64,000 nt of DNA from Cirrosporium novae-zelandiae (Eukaryota): positions 372,001 to 436,000 of the forward strand of contig JAPETS010000004.1 in assembly GCA_026023565.1 (NCBI GenBank), in the 5' to 3' direction. The notes below the pieces were generated by a model. The model was not told the DNA's origin and ran no database searches. It worked only from the letters and a program-made list of their open reading frames with translations. This document shows, one piece after another, positions 11,325-24,623 of this stretch. Both the position numbers and the translations under genes were made by a program. Each line of letters starts with the position of its first letter. Position 1 is the stretch's first letter.

Positions 11325-11911
11325 AGGTTTCCTTTAAATAGTCAAATTAAATCGATTATGATTCTTCATCTACCGATTTTGAAAAAAAAATATCATTTTT
11401 AAATCAAGTCAAATAACGACAATATAGCAAAGAGAGAAATCCTGTGTAAGAAAGCTCGCTGATCGTGCATGGTATGGCATGGGATCATTGATGGTGATTA
11501 CTGAGACGGTATTCATTGTTGGGATACTCTATATATATAATGCAATTGGTAGTCGGTTGAGAACAAACTAAGGTTAGGGAATCTAGAAGTGGGGCGTGTT
11601 TGATGACTAGAGGGATGGTATTGTGGTTGTGTTTGGGGGTGAAGTGGGTGATGAAGAGTGTAGTTCCTTCTACTATACTTAGAAAGAGAATAAATTATCA
11701 TAAGGGAATGTAAGAATGGTCAATTATGGAATCTATAGCAGCAATAGACATCCAAGTTTGATGTATATCACCCTCAGATGCTTCTACAGCGGCCAACAAT
11801 CGACGAACAATTGTAATGAAACTTTTCCAAACAACTTTTGTTCTGCCATGCTGTCTTCTCCTTCACTAGGTACCCCTTAAACTTCCCGTAACAATCGTCC
11901 CACTATCCATA

Positions 11912-13252
11912 TCACCAGCCTAGCACTGCTTTAGCGCCCGTTTCACTGCAAACATATAAGACATTATGGTTGTCCGTGAAGCCATTGAACTTTGTAGCAC
12001 TGCAGCGTGTGTATGCACCCATATCCTCGAAGTAAAGCCAGTCTCCCACATCCAACAGCTCCTTAAATGTAACCCTCTCAGAGATCTGATCAATTCCATC
12101 ACAGGTCGGGCCCCAGATAGAGTAAGTCGTACAATTGTGAGTAGATAGTGGTGAGACTCTAGAGTAGAGGAAACTTCCAGCAGCACTTAGGAGCCTTGGA
12201 ATAGGATGTTGGTGATCAAACATGATAGATGAAAAGTTCCCGTAGACTCCATCATTGAGGTAGAGCATGTATGATGTGGCTCCAGTGGCATGATCATAGA
12301 CATCACGTCGAGAAATCACGTTACAAGCCAGGGTAAATGCGGAAGAGACGTAAAATCGCCCCGGCTCTGCAATCACATGGACATATGGAGGAAAGCATTC
12401 ATCTAGTGCATCACTGAGCACGGCTGCCATAGTTTCAAAGGTGTCGTTGGTAAATCCACCACCAACATCCAACGTTTTGAGATCATATCCTAGTTCAAGG
12501 GCTTGGTCAAAGACAATGCGTGAGTCTTGGACAGCTTTGAGGAATGATTGTGGATCGGAGGCTCCAGAACCAACATGGAAACTCACACCAACAACATTAA
12601 GGTCAAGGACTTTGGCTAGGTTGAGGAGCTCGAAAGTGCTATCGAGTGAGGCACCGAATTTCAAACTCAAGCGGCAGAGGCTAGTAGAGTCATCGGTGAG
12701 AATGCGAAGGAATAGTTCGGCATCTGGGTAGAGTTCCTTAATCTTGTAAAGCTCATCGGCATTGTCAAAGGTCATCTGCTTGACACCCTCTCTGGCAGCA
12801 TAGCGGACATAGGATTTAGTCTTGCATGGTTGTGCATATATGATTCGGGATGGGTCGATACCTAGTCCTAATACTTGCTCGATTTCAGATTTGGATGCAC
12901 AATCGAAACCTAAGCCGAGAGCACAAAGCAACTTTAGGACCTGGGGGTCTGGATTGCATTTCACGGCATAGAATGGTTTGACACGAGGGAGATGGAGTTT
13001 CCAGCGAAGGTGCTGGCGGTAAACTTCCCCTAGATCTGCAACGAAGAAGGCATCTTCTTCGCCTGGCTCGCAGGTATTTGGGTCAACTTTTGAGACCCTG
13101 TCTTGGAAGGCCTCGCCAATTAAGTCCTTAGGTGACTCGGAGGCTTGGGTTTGGTACTCATCGCCATAATGGTAAGTCTTTGATCCGGCTGTACCGTCTA
13201 AATTATAGAGAGGTAAATAGTTGTCCGAGATCGTAAGAGCAGATGGTGCCAT
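11912..13252 (-). CDS. SPE1: Ornithine decarboxylase
   Basis: PFYAVKCN (PLP lysine), FDCASKSEI, GVSFHVGSG, DVGGGF, IAEPGRF, WGPTCDGID and MGAYT. Confidence 0.97.
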   Translation of the reverse strand: MAPSALTISDNYLPLYNLDGTAGSKTYHYGDEYQTQASESPKDLIGEAFQDRVSKVDPNTCEPGEEDAFFVADLGEVYRQHLRWKLHLPRVKPFYAVKCNPDPQVLKLLCALGLGFDCASKSEIEQVLGLGIDPSRIIYAQPCKTKSYVRYAAREGVKQMTFDNADELYKIKELYPDAELFLRILTDDSTSLCRLSLKFGASLDSTFELLNLAKVLDLNVVGVSFHVGSGASDPQSFLKAVQDSRIVFDQALELGYDLKTLDVGGGFTNDTFETMAAVLSDALDECFPPYVHVIAEPGRFYVSSAFTLACNVISRRDVYDHATGATSYMLYLNDGVYGNFSSIMFDHQHPIPRLLSAAGSFLYSRVSPLSTHNCTTYSIWGPTCDGIDQISERVTFKELLDVGDWLYFEDMGAYTRCSATKFNGFTDNHNVLYVCSETGAKAVLGW

Positions 13253-13309
13253 AACCAGGTTTGGTTATGATAAGATAAAATGTGAGTCCTGGTTCTATTT
13301 CGGATACTG

Positions 13310-13543
13310 TTAGGGAGGGCGAAGAGACTCCGACCCTACGATACCAATTTGGCGAGACCCCCTCGACTCTTCCTCCGAGAGAGGAAGAACCTTTTGGCTC
13401 GTCCCAAGCGGCAGCTCGAAATTATCGAGGGTCAAGAGATGTTGGGGAAACAACTTGAAAAGCAGAAGATGAGGCTGACTAGACCTAGACAGCAGGAGGT
13501 GGTAGATTATTGAGTATGTCTCGATGTTGTCGAGGGAATACAA
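13310..13543 (-). promoter_or_regulatory. Non-AUG (UUG) upstream ORF in the ODC leader, ending Pro-Pro-stop (uCC-like)
   Basis: No ATG on the minus strand between 13253 and 13641. In-frame TTG codons at 13543 and 13453 both sit in TTCAAG-TTG context. The ORF ends ...SESLRPP-TAA 57 nt before the ODC ATG. Confidence 0.65.
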
Positions 13544-13641
13544 CTTGAAGGGCTACTTGGTTCGAGGCCGTCAAAGCCGTAGTGATTTGATGATTGCCTT
13601 TGGAGCTCAAAGGCGAATTTGATTATGGATTGACCTTAAGT

Positions 13642-13740
13642 CTGAAATTGTCAGTTAGAAGCAAGATATCGCAATAATAGTTCAAAGTGGCAATTCCAAC
13701 TTTGAACCCCAAAATTTAGGGGGGAGAAAACTTCACATAC
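13642..13740 (-). other. 5'-UTR intron of ODC mRNA
   Basis: CAG|GTATGT donor at 13740, CTAACTGAC branch region and TTTCAG acceptor at 13642. Confidence 0.7.
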
Positions 13741-14328
13741 CTGGAATACCACAAGGTAGGAATGCAGAATGCAGAATAGATGCTGTGAAACAGATCACCC
13801 CGGTTGATGGAGGAGAAGAAATTGTTTTGGAGGATTGTGGGGGGTTTTGTGCGAAGAAGTTCGGTGAGAGAAATTTAAGGGTTCGGTAGAGTAGTAACTC
13901 CGTCAAGTTGGGTTTCAAGGGTTCGGTAGAATACGGATGACGCCCAGCCCTGTCCAGGCGTGCCCAGTCATACCAGTCAACTGTAACCTCAGATTCAAGG
14001 GCCACATATAGGCTCTAGCTCTCCACAAATCGATATGAGTACATTTCGAATTGTGACGTACTTTAGCCCTACTTACTATGGTACTGTACAATCTTCTTGT
14101 GGGTACCTACATGATAATGTTACCGTCAATCTTTAAAAAACCTGGGAGAAATGATTTTAACCTATGATAACATTTCAATTAAGATACATCTTATTCATTG
14201 GCAAGTACCTACCCAGGTAGGTAATTAGTAATCCTTGACTTTGCTCTCAATGAATGGCAACTTCGTATTAAAGTTTGTATAATTTGACTATTCCTTGTCC
14301 ATTGCTACAAGAAGATATCCTCTCAGAT

Positions 14329-15780
14329 TCATATCCTTTTCGCCTTTATGAATGAATGCACATCAATTTGGCGCTTAGAAGGACTTTGCCCCTTCCCCAC
14401 GTAAATTCCGGGTATAGGAATTTCATGGGTTAGCCCCCCTTTCTTGAACCCAGCCTTTTTCATCATTGGAAAAAAAATTTTCTCTTCCTCATTTCGTACT
14501 TTGGTTGCAATAATCACCTTGATGTCAGGTTCCTGTTCTGCTAACCTGGATATAGTGCCAACAAGAGCGGGAAAACTGTCGGTATTGTAAGTACAGTCCG
14601 ATATGATCACAAGATCGAACCTCTTTCCCACAAGACTAGCTGGAAGTTCTTCCTCCCATCGAAGAGTTTCGAAAGTAACGGTGCTTGATTTTGCTGGAGT
14701 GGCATATTTGATGTTGATTTGCGCAAGCTCATTATCTTGATCTGTGATTGCAACGTCACAGTGTGATATAAGTTGCGCAAGAAGAATGCCTACGAGACCA
14801 CATCCCGTCCCGAGCTCGATTATCTTAAGTTTTCGACGATATGAGATAAGTAGGATTTCGTGTAGAATGGGAATGTCGAATTTTTTACTATCCGCGTGAA
14901 CATTTGCTATAGTGTCGTTATATTCGAGCCAGTCATTGAGGTATGCGACTAGGCCTAAGCTTGCATCCCTATAGTCCAAGACATGGTTAGAATCGCGTGG
15001 TAACATGTTCAGACATGACAAGGTGCCTATCTTTAATAGATCCAATATGCCGAAGAGACAAAGCCAGATAACAGGATAACCGATTCGTTTCTCTTAGAGT
15101 TTCTTTCAATTCTGCAAATTTGGTTGTACATCATGATATCTCATTCAAATGCAAATATAAATTTCAAGGGTTACGGCGAAAATCGCTTGAACAAGAAGCC
15201 AATCTCACCAAACATGTCCAGATAAACCAGTCTGTCCCATTGCCTCATTCACGTAGAGCCTAGTGCCATTGTACAATGAGAATACTCTTTGAACCTCTCT
15301 GGTGGCTTCCACGGTAAATGGTTTATCCAATTTTGAGGGTGTTGAGGGCCCCTGAAGTTTCAACTCCCCGCTGCGAGCACCCACGATTAAGGGAAGGGTT
15401 GAAGGGCTAAGAACGGGCTTGGGAAAGGGAATCATTGTCACTTCCATACGAAAGTGAGTCAAAGGTCGGCCAAATTGGAGATTGGTGTGTCCCTGTATCT
15501 CTTTGGAAGCTCGATAACGTGAATCAATTTTCAGAACGCGGTTGTCTTTATCCCAACTAACGTGCCTACCCTGGCATAATGACGTATCATACTGGGAAGT
15601 CTGACTGAGTGTATATTCATCTGTAATAAGGTCGATGTATATGTCCTGGGGGCGGGGGTAAAGTTCCTCTTGGAGATCAGAAGTGATGGATATCTTGGCC
15701 TGGACATGCCATTCTTGATTAAACTCCTTGGGGTCGAAGGAAATCTTTGGTGTAGAAACAAAATTCAAGTAGTAAACCAT
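14329..15780 (-). CDS. Family 16 (METTL21/Efm-like) SAM-dependent protein-lysine methyltransferase
   Basis: GHVW|DAS joined across intron 14969-15208. Motif I IIELGTGCGLVG, AITD, LRW and IISDCTYN (DxxY). Confidence 0.88.
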
Positions 15781-16437
15781 GTCGAATATTTTGAATCGAA
15801 GGTCTTCTAGTGAATATAACTCAGGCCCAAATCATTTCACTAAGAGGAGGTATGAGAGATAGAAGAGAAAAAATTTTTGGCTGAGCAAAAGAAGATAGTG
15901 TAGATAAATTTGTATTTCGTAGAAGACTGAAATCTTTTGGTGTAAGCGGAGGAGATAAGGGCTAGGAAGAGTAGTGGAGCTGGAAAAATCAGGCAAGACC
16001 GAAAGCTTGCTTTGTAGGGTAGGTGAATCTGAAAGATCTTTATCGATACTTATAACCCTAAGCATAGCTAATAGGAGACCTTTGAAAGCCTCCTGATAGG
16101 ATGATATAATATTTATTAATTTGATGTTATAGTGAGATGCAAAGTTGAAAAAGAAGTTGGTTAGATATTTGAGATTGACGATTATCACGTGATGCCTCAT
16201 TATCATCAATGCCAGGCAATGCCATAGGAATACGACGATATGAGGCCAAGCAAGTCCAACCGTAACATTCCATACTTCCAAATCCTCGAATTCAAAAAAA
16301 TCATTTCCCCACATAGATATTCTGTATATTACACAATATAACCCCAATAGCTCAAGGCAAACTTGATATCCTCCAACACTCAGCATTGAGGCAATGAATA
16401 GTATCAATCCCCGACAGCGTTCCTTCACGCTCCCAAG

Positions 16438-17980
16438 ATGATCCGTCGCAACGACCCTCGAATTCGTCATACCCTCAACCAGATCTCACAAAACATTGAA
16501 CACGCCAACGAGTCTACACAAACCGCCTTTTACACCTTTACACAAAACTATGTCTCTCCTTGTTTCTCTTCCATTGAGTCCTGCGTCGAGTCATGTACCG
16601 CTCCCTGCTTCCCCAGCCGTGAGGAGCGCTTGCGCAGAAAGCGGGGCCGATCGCGAGGACGGGCAGAATTGAATTTTGATTTCTACGACGATTGGGATGA
16701 GGATGAAAGCGCTGCCGACGGTTTCATGGGATGGGGAAATGACGAGCTGGATCGATTGTTAGCAGGTAGTTCTGGAGGCCGTGGTGCAACGCGAGACCAA
16801 CCGCAGAGACAAAGAGCTATGAGCTATGGCTCTCGAGGGCGGAGAAATACTACAACTCGTGAAGCTGATGATCCCAATGTTATACCTCGTTCTTCGGTCC
16901 TTGGATTTCTCGAAAGTCTTCCCTGGAAGATTGGTGGTAGAGGGGTTAAATACCGCCCTTCAGCTGCAGATCTTCAAGAACACCCCGGTTCTCGGCGATT
17001 TATAGAGCCAGAAAACGAACCATTGATCGAAGGAGATGAGTCTGATAATGAAGCCCAAACAAAAAGCGGGAAACATCAGAGACAGAGAAGCAACACTACA
17101 TGCTCACGCGAGACTACAAACTCTCTTAGTTCTCGCGGTGATCTCTTCCCAAGCGACGGCGAGGATGATGCAGTACCAATTGATGATGAATTTGCTACTG
17201 CATTAGAACGTCGACCTACAGGGCTCTCGTCCGATGATCGCAGTAGCGGGCGGACACATAATGGTAAGAGACCTGCACGCTCAAGAACATCCACCAGAAC
17301 ACGTTCGTCAAATGAGACAAAGCCGCCTACAATTGCAAGCAAGAGCCCAGTATCTATACGGAGTTTTCCGGGCGGAATACTGGAGGGGGAAACGGAGGAA
17401 GTGGAAATTATACAACCTGGTATAACGGAAATACCTTTACTGTCAGAGCTTAAGAAAGAGGAAGATCGTATACAACACGAGGAAGAAAGATCCATAACGC
17501 TAAAACGCGAGGCTGCTAGGAGGTTGGCGAAGAGACGTGGATTGAGTTCTTCAGATGACTTGTCCTTGTCAAAAGTAAGCCATATTCTCCTTCTATGGGG
17601 CGCTTTTACAATCATTAGATCAAGTGGTTAATAACATTTAGGAAATATATACGCCGGAAGATTCCAAATCTAACCTCCAGTCCAAAGAAGATATCAAACA
17701 GGTGTCATCTCTCTCTGATGCCGAAGCCAACCTGGACCCAGGCCAAGAAGAGGCCAATCAATCTTCCCCTCATCCTCTTACAGAAAATACAGCTGACCCA
17801 AACCTTCGCACCACCTCCACCCTAGTCGAAGAATCTGTTACCAATCCGCCTCCAAACCCATCTCAAACCTCCGATCAGGAACCACCCTCTTCAACAAACC
17901 CAAATCTCTGGACTACTCACCCACCTCCCCTGACCCAAGCTCATGACCCCTCCAACCCTCCGAATGTAATGATATCATGA
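16438..17980 (+). CDS. Uncharacterised fungal protein, Cys-containing N-terminus and disordered Ser/Arg-rich remainder
   Basis: Long ORF. Intron 17575-17641 (GTAAGC..TTAG) links it in frame to the 17702-17980 ORF. Confidence 0.75.
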
Positions 17981-18778
17981 CTACCACAATCAACACCCTT
18001 CCCCAACCATACCATTCCACCTACCTTCACAATATCCGTGTATTAATATGAGCTTCTTAATTCGCTTCCCATTAAATGACGGTGGCTAGGCTATCGCATA
18101 TTTTTAGCACACACACACAGTTCTTTCTTCGAGAAGAACAAGAGGAGGATTGGATGCCTTTGCTTTGGTTACCTTGTTTATCTTGAACGGAGGAGTGAAA
18201 TTTTGAAATTTTTTCTTTCCTTTTTCTTAGGGGTAGGACTTGAGGCCAAAGGCTAGGAAGGGATAGGGAGAGAAGACTTACTTGGTTCGTTCATGGCTAG
18301 TTTGGGATCGGCATTTCTCATTTACTTCTTCCCCCTCTAAATTTCAAGCTGGCTCTATATATTCACTTGCTTATTTTGCGGTTGAACGTAGCAGTGATGC
18401 CTTTATTACTGATGGCGGGTCCGATTGAGTAAATAGATATGCCAGGTGTGGCTGTCAGTCAACATTTAGATTGCTTAAACAATAGCTATTATAATTAGGT
18501 AAACCTCGTCAATCTTAAGATTTGACTGATCGACTATATTATACTACGTCTTGTATTCTTGACTCTTGCTGACAATTTGTGGAAAATATTTTTGAATGAT
18601 TAGTTAAATGTTCTATGCTTATTTTTAAATAAGTAGGAAGTATATATCTGGCTACTATGGGTTCATGTATGATATATGTGATATACCACCAAATGTGGAG
18701 AGAGGTAAAACCCAAATCACACGCAACCCATCAATGGACTTCATCTACGCCTCGCAGATAGGTAGGATTTTTTTTTTT

Positions 18779-21700
18779 TTAAATTTCGCCAAATCCTTCA
18801 ACTTCGAAGAAATTATCCCTAACAATACCACTCCTATCACACATACTGCGAAATATTCCTCCGCGATCGAACAAGTTCAACGGGGTATCAAGCTCAGCGA
18901 TCTGACCGCGATCCATCACGCAAATGCGGTCGTAGTTTAGGATGGTACGCAGGCGATGGGCGATGCACAGGAGGGTCTTCCCCTTGAAACCTCGGGCCAT
19001 GGTTCCTTGGATCTTGGCATCGGTTTCCATGTCGACGGAGGAGGTTGCTTCATCGCAGATGATAATGCGGGCATTTCGGACGAGAGCTCTGGCCAGAGCC
19101 ATGAGTTGTCGTTGGCCAAGAGAGAAGTTAAGGCCTTCTTCTTCGACAATGCTGTCGAGGTGGACACGACCAATGGTTTTATCGTTGAGTTCGGCATCTT
19201 GGTCGACAAGATCGGCTTGGCGTAAAGCGGACCAGAGTTCTAGATCTGTGTGTTCGTTAAAAGGATCAAGATTCGTTCGTATAGTCCCGCGGAAGAGGGT
19301 TGGGTCTTGAGGTATGATGGCCATGCGGGTTCGAAGGTCATGGAGGCCGACTGTTGCGATGTTGATGCCATCGATGGTAATGTTCCCGCCTGAGAGCTCG
19401 ACTAGACGGAAGAGCGTAGACATGATGCTAGACTTTCCAGCGCCGGTACGGCCAACGATTCCCATGCGTTCACCGCCTGCCACTGTCGCCGTGAAGTTCT
19501 GAAGAACGAGAGGAAGCCCTGCACGATAGCGCATCTGAACATTGTTGAAAGCGATCTCACCATGTTCAGGCCAAGAATCGCGGACGTCTTTGAGATAAAG
19601 AGGAGCTTCTTCGTCGAGCGAGGAAGTATAATAGTAGACTCTTTCCGCTGAGTTCATCCCGTTCTCTACTTCCGCAAGCTGGCGTACGGTGAACTGTAGC
19701 ATGCCTACAATTGACAAAATGTAAGACAACACCAGACCGGAAATGCTTGGTGACACGTTAAAACGCGATGTGACAACAAGAATGCCAGTTACAAACACCA
19801 AAACATTCCCGATGCAATCTAGCCGGAGACTTAGCCACCGCTGATTTGAGTAAGTAAGAAAGTAAGCACTGTCCATTGTATCAATGGATTCCCTGATCGT
19901 TTTGACGAAACGTCCTTGAAGCCCATAGGCCCGAATAGTTGATATCCCCGAAACACCTTCGCTGAATTTTGAAAACACAGATGAACGCAGAACAGCTTCA
20001 TGACGTTTTATCTCTCGTGCGGAGGCTCTATAATAACTGGCGGCAAAAATGAATAGAATGGTCAAAGGGACAAGCGCGATAGCAAACTATTATCATTAGT
20101 ATATTGGTGAAAGTGTGGAGGAGTTGACTTACATAGTGGAAATATACAATAATCAATATAAAGACTGCGGTGATCATCGCAAGTGTCAAAAGATACATTC
20201 GAATAGCGTCTGTGAGAAAGTTGTCCATTGTATCAACATCCTTCGAGAAACGATTGGTAATACGACCCAGTGGGGTAGTATCAAAAAAGGACATGGGTGC
20301 TCGAAGAACTCGGGCCATTGCCTGATGAAGGAAGGTTTTACTAGCATTTGTACCATAGACTGAGAGCGTTGTCGAAAAGACAAACATCAAAGCAGATTGT
20401 AAAACACCAAGCCCTGCGTATCCAGCGATATAATAGCCGTCAGGGTAATTAAATTTATCCGAGGTCCAGAATGATAACCATAGACTTGTTGCAATGTTTG
20501 CACATTGGGAAAGAATCAGCGATGCGAAGACGACTATTCCATTGAATAGTGTTCCCGAAGCTTGAACGTAGGCCTTGTACACTGACCAAGGAACTGATTT
20601 GACAGCCCTATCCTCTTGTTGCATCAAGCCGGCTCCAGGTTTCGAAGGCTGTTTCTTTATCTCTTTCTTGTCCTCTTCAACCTCTTCAGGATTTTTAGAG
20701 GGGCTCTCTTCCTTTTCCTCCTGACCTATAGTCGCCATCAACTTTCTGAACTCTTCACTGTCTCTCATGAGATTGTCGTAGGTCCCAATGCTCTCGACCG
20801 TGTTATCTTGCATCCAAACAATTCGATCACATCGTTGCAATACGTGAAGTTGGTGGGTTGCCAAAATCCTGCATTTATCCTTGAGGAGACCACAAATCGC
20901 TTTGTCGAAGATATGTCGTCCAACATGAGAATCAACTGCAGAGAGTGGATCATCCATGAGAATAATATCCGCATCAAAATAAATTGCACGAGCAATGTTG
21001 AGTCGTTGCTTTTGTCCACCAGAAAGAGTGATACCTCGCTCTCCAATTTCACTAAATTCTCCATTAGGAAGAATTTCTAAGTCCGGACCAAGAGCGCAGG
21101 CGTCTATGACACGTCGGTACCAAGTTTCGTTATACTCTTTTCCGAACGTGATGTTTTCTCTGAAAGTAGCGTTTTGAATCCATGCGTACTGTGGACAGAA
21201 GGCTCGGGAAGCACCAAGGACAAGATCGCCTTTTGTTCTTCGCATATCTCCTGCTAGAGCTGCTAGAAGTGAAGTTTTTCCAGATCCTACACCGCCAATT
21301 ACAGCAATCAACTCATTCCGACCGACAGTCAAGTTTATATCTTGCAGTTTGAATGGTTCTAGTGCAGTGAGAGTGGAAGAGCTAGAATCATCCTCCCCTC
21401 CTAGCTCCGCTGAAGTTTGGGGGGTCTTTTTTGCTTTCCTGGCGGCCTTCTTCATCTCCTTCTCTTCTTTTTTACTCCGCTTGAGCTGGGATTTGGTCTT
21501 GAAGAGTTGAGGCTTTGTGGGATCATGAGTAGCCTCACGTTCCCATGTGAAATCCGCGTCAACAACTTTGATAGCATTATTACTCTCAAAGTCCCAGGTA
21601 ACATCATCCTCGGCTTCCTCGGCTAAGAGAAATTCTTGCACACGTCCAAGAGAAGCCCATGCATCAATGACCTGGCCGATGACCATAGGCAATAGAGTTA

Positions 21701-23374
21701 GAGGTAGTCGAAGAGAATTGAAAAGCGCCATTGAAGAGAAGATAGGAGCTGGATTTAGGACGTGATTGGATAGGGAATATGTAATGAAAGCAAGCATTGA
21801 CGCAAAAACTGGCATCGATATGGAAACTGCGATGATGCCATTGCGAAGCGCAAGGAGAATTTGAATGGCGTGAATTTCACGCTTTCGTATTTCCTGTAAC
21901 CTCTCGAGGAAGCTTTTCTCCCATCCGAAATATTTGACAAATCGAACAGCTTGCAGAATTTCTTGAGTCAAAGAGACACGTTGATCAGTGACCTTATTAA
22001 TGGCTCGTCGTCTTTTGAAAAGCGATTTGATCGCACTTCCTAGTAATGGCATGAGGACCACAATGAAGCCAAATCCAGCAAGCGCACTGTATGTTAAGTT
22101 AATAATTAGAAGGACTAAGGCTAGAAGGACAGCAATTGGAGCAGTCCAAATCATATGGAACATGCCAAAAGCCTGATCAACGCGATAAGTATCAACGGCC
22201 ATAAGATTAGTAATTTTCCCGTTACTCCAGCCAGTACCGTCACCAACTATGCCTTTTGCCTTATCAGGAGTCAATATTGGACCAGTTCGTGGTTTGAATT
22301 TCTTCGAGAGCATTCGTTGAATAAAGTTGAGCTTCTCTCGATCTGCTTCCGCCGACTTTTCATGAGATAGATTTTCGCCTTGGTCGATAGCTTTACCCCC
22401 AGCCTTTGCTCTTCCTGATATTCGCATGGATTTCCCAAATATTAAATTGATTAAAACAGCTCTCGACTGTCCTCCAACTTGCATTCCTCGGTATATGAAT
22501 TGATTAATGCCTATAGACATGAAGAGCATCATAGCTGTAATTCCAATTACAAGGCCGAAACCACGACCGATGTTGGGACTCTTTCCATAACCTCTCTGTG
22601 CGAGGTATGCTTCTTCGGCAAAGCTGATCAAATATCGAAGGGTAAAGGGAGCAATGACTTGGACAATACTAGCGAAGAGCTGACCGAAACCGCCCAGCCA
22701 GAATTCGAACTTGAATGTTTCGTATAATGCAAATGCCAATGGATAGCGATCGCCACGAGCAACACGTCTCTTGAACGATGCTTCTACTTTCGGTGACAGT
22801 ACTTCGACACTTCTATTTGGATTGACTAGCCAGACATCGTTCAATTCCAAGGGACGCTTGTAACCTGTCTATATATGAATTAGAATATTTCTTCACTGTA
22901 ACAATTTCTAGGTCTAAAGTTGACTGCTCCTTGGAAGGAAGATTCTTGAAAGGTTCTTACCCGCATTAATGGCCCCATCCAATGGAAGGTCAACTGGCTG
23001 AAGAAACTTGCTCCATATTCTCTAGACAGGACATCCCTTTTTTCGGGAACAGGTGGCGGTGGAGACCATTTCAGCGGATTCGACAGTAATCTCTTGTACC
23101 ATGGTCTGATTGACTTGTCTTTGAACGAATTATTGGCATCATTGTCGCTTCCCTCTCTTTCTTGTGAATTAGACAAGCTTTCATCATCCAAAGTTGTAGA
23201 ATGAGGTAGCTTCTCCGGGTCCGTAGTCCCCAACTCGTTTGACTCCTCGACATTAAATGATGGCGAAAGATGTTGATCAACAGATTTCTCAAGATTAGAT
23301 GTGGCAGCCATGGTGACAGGAGGATCGGCGAACATGGCTTTCTCCACAATCTTGGCACTAGAAGGGTCGGCCAT
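18779..23374 (-). CDS. ABCC/MRP-type ABC transporter (YOR1-like)
   Basis: Two TMD-NBD halves: GGVGSGKT, LSGGQKQR, LMDD; GRTGAGKS, FSLGQRQL, ICDEATS. Introns 22869-22960 and 20087-20132. Confidence 0.93.
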
Positions 23375-24623
23375 GGTGAAAAAAAGGTGGTGAACGAAGA
23401 GCGGGTATCAAACAAGAAAGAGACATCAGGTTAAAATAAAGCTGCAACAAGACAGCCATTAAGGGGAAGTGGCCCCGAGGAATATGTTTCTTCGTATTAA
23501 GGCCCCGAGGCCCCCTCTTCAAAGGTTGTCGACTTACGAATCTCCTACTACCTACTACGCACGTACTTGAACACTGGACGGTGATAAAGAAGCCGAACTC
23601 CCGACCGATAAGCTTCGGTCAAAGGCGAAAGAGGATGCACATCATCGAGAATAAAAGCTTGAGTAAATTTGCTTACATAACCTGTAGTTATTTGTATGTA
23701 GTTAATTGAAGCCCTCGGAATAATTAAAAGCATAATTATTTTATAATGAGACATTCGGGGCCGACTGACAAAGCAACGGACAAGGACATCAACAGATTGA
23801 CTGAATTGATAGATATTTGATATCATTCTTTCCAATAGTGATGCAGCCTCGACAGCACCACGTCCCACATGGAATCGGGATGACGTTACAATCATACCTA
23901 TCTCCGACCACGAGATCTTGGTTCTTCAGCATTATTTCTCTTTGTTATCATTGGCCATGAACATAAGAAACCCTTCTAGGCTTCCGTGGCTTCTACGCCC
24001 ACTTTTATTGTTTCTTCTTCTTCGCCCTGTTCTTCCCCACCTCGGGTCCGACGGACCCATTCATTTAATATTTTGCCTTTCGGTACTTAGGAGCTTATTT
24101 CCGAGGTAAGAAAAGCACACTTTTGAATGCTTACTTTTGAAGAATTACGTTTCAACTGCTATTGGTGCAATAACAACTGCATTTTTTATTCTTATTTATC
24201 CTTGTCATCTTCAACCTTCAAGCCTGCAGCCTACTTGGTTTGTAATATGCCAGCGTCTATTCTCGTTTCTTTTTTTAAAGGTCAAAATTGGACGAGCTCT
24301 CAGATTTTTGATCCACTCACGCGTGTCTGTCAAAGGTTCAAACGCCATTCTTCCGCCTAGACTGTTGACGAATAACATCCTGACATGTTGATCTGTTCCA
24401 CAAAGGATGACAGACGCAGAGTGGGAGGACCAGAGGAAGGTGACTCACATCAGACCCCTTATGGTGCTGGTGACCTCCGTAAAGCACTAAGTAGGTGAGC
24501 CTTGTTAGGATTTTAACAACGGTAGGGGAGTAAGCTCTTCATTGGATTTCCCCAGAAATGCCCTGTCCTTACGTGCCAGGATTTCATATATGCCCCATAT
24601 CACCTGCCTCCGGACTGAGTCAC

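Noticed and set aside
15832..16470. 212-aa minus-strand ORF between divergent genes
   Set aside because: Spans a bidirectional promoter and UTRs, has a non-ATG start and shows no recognisable motifs.
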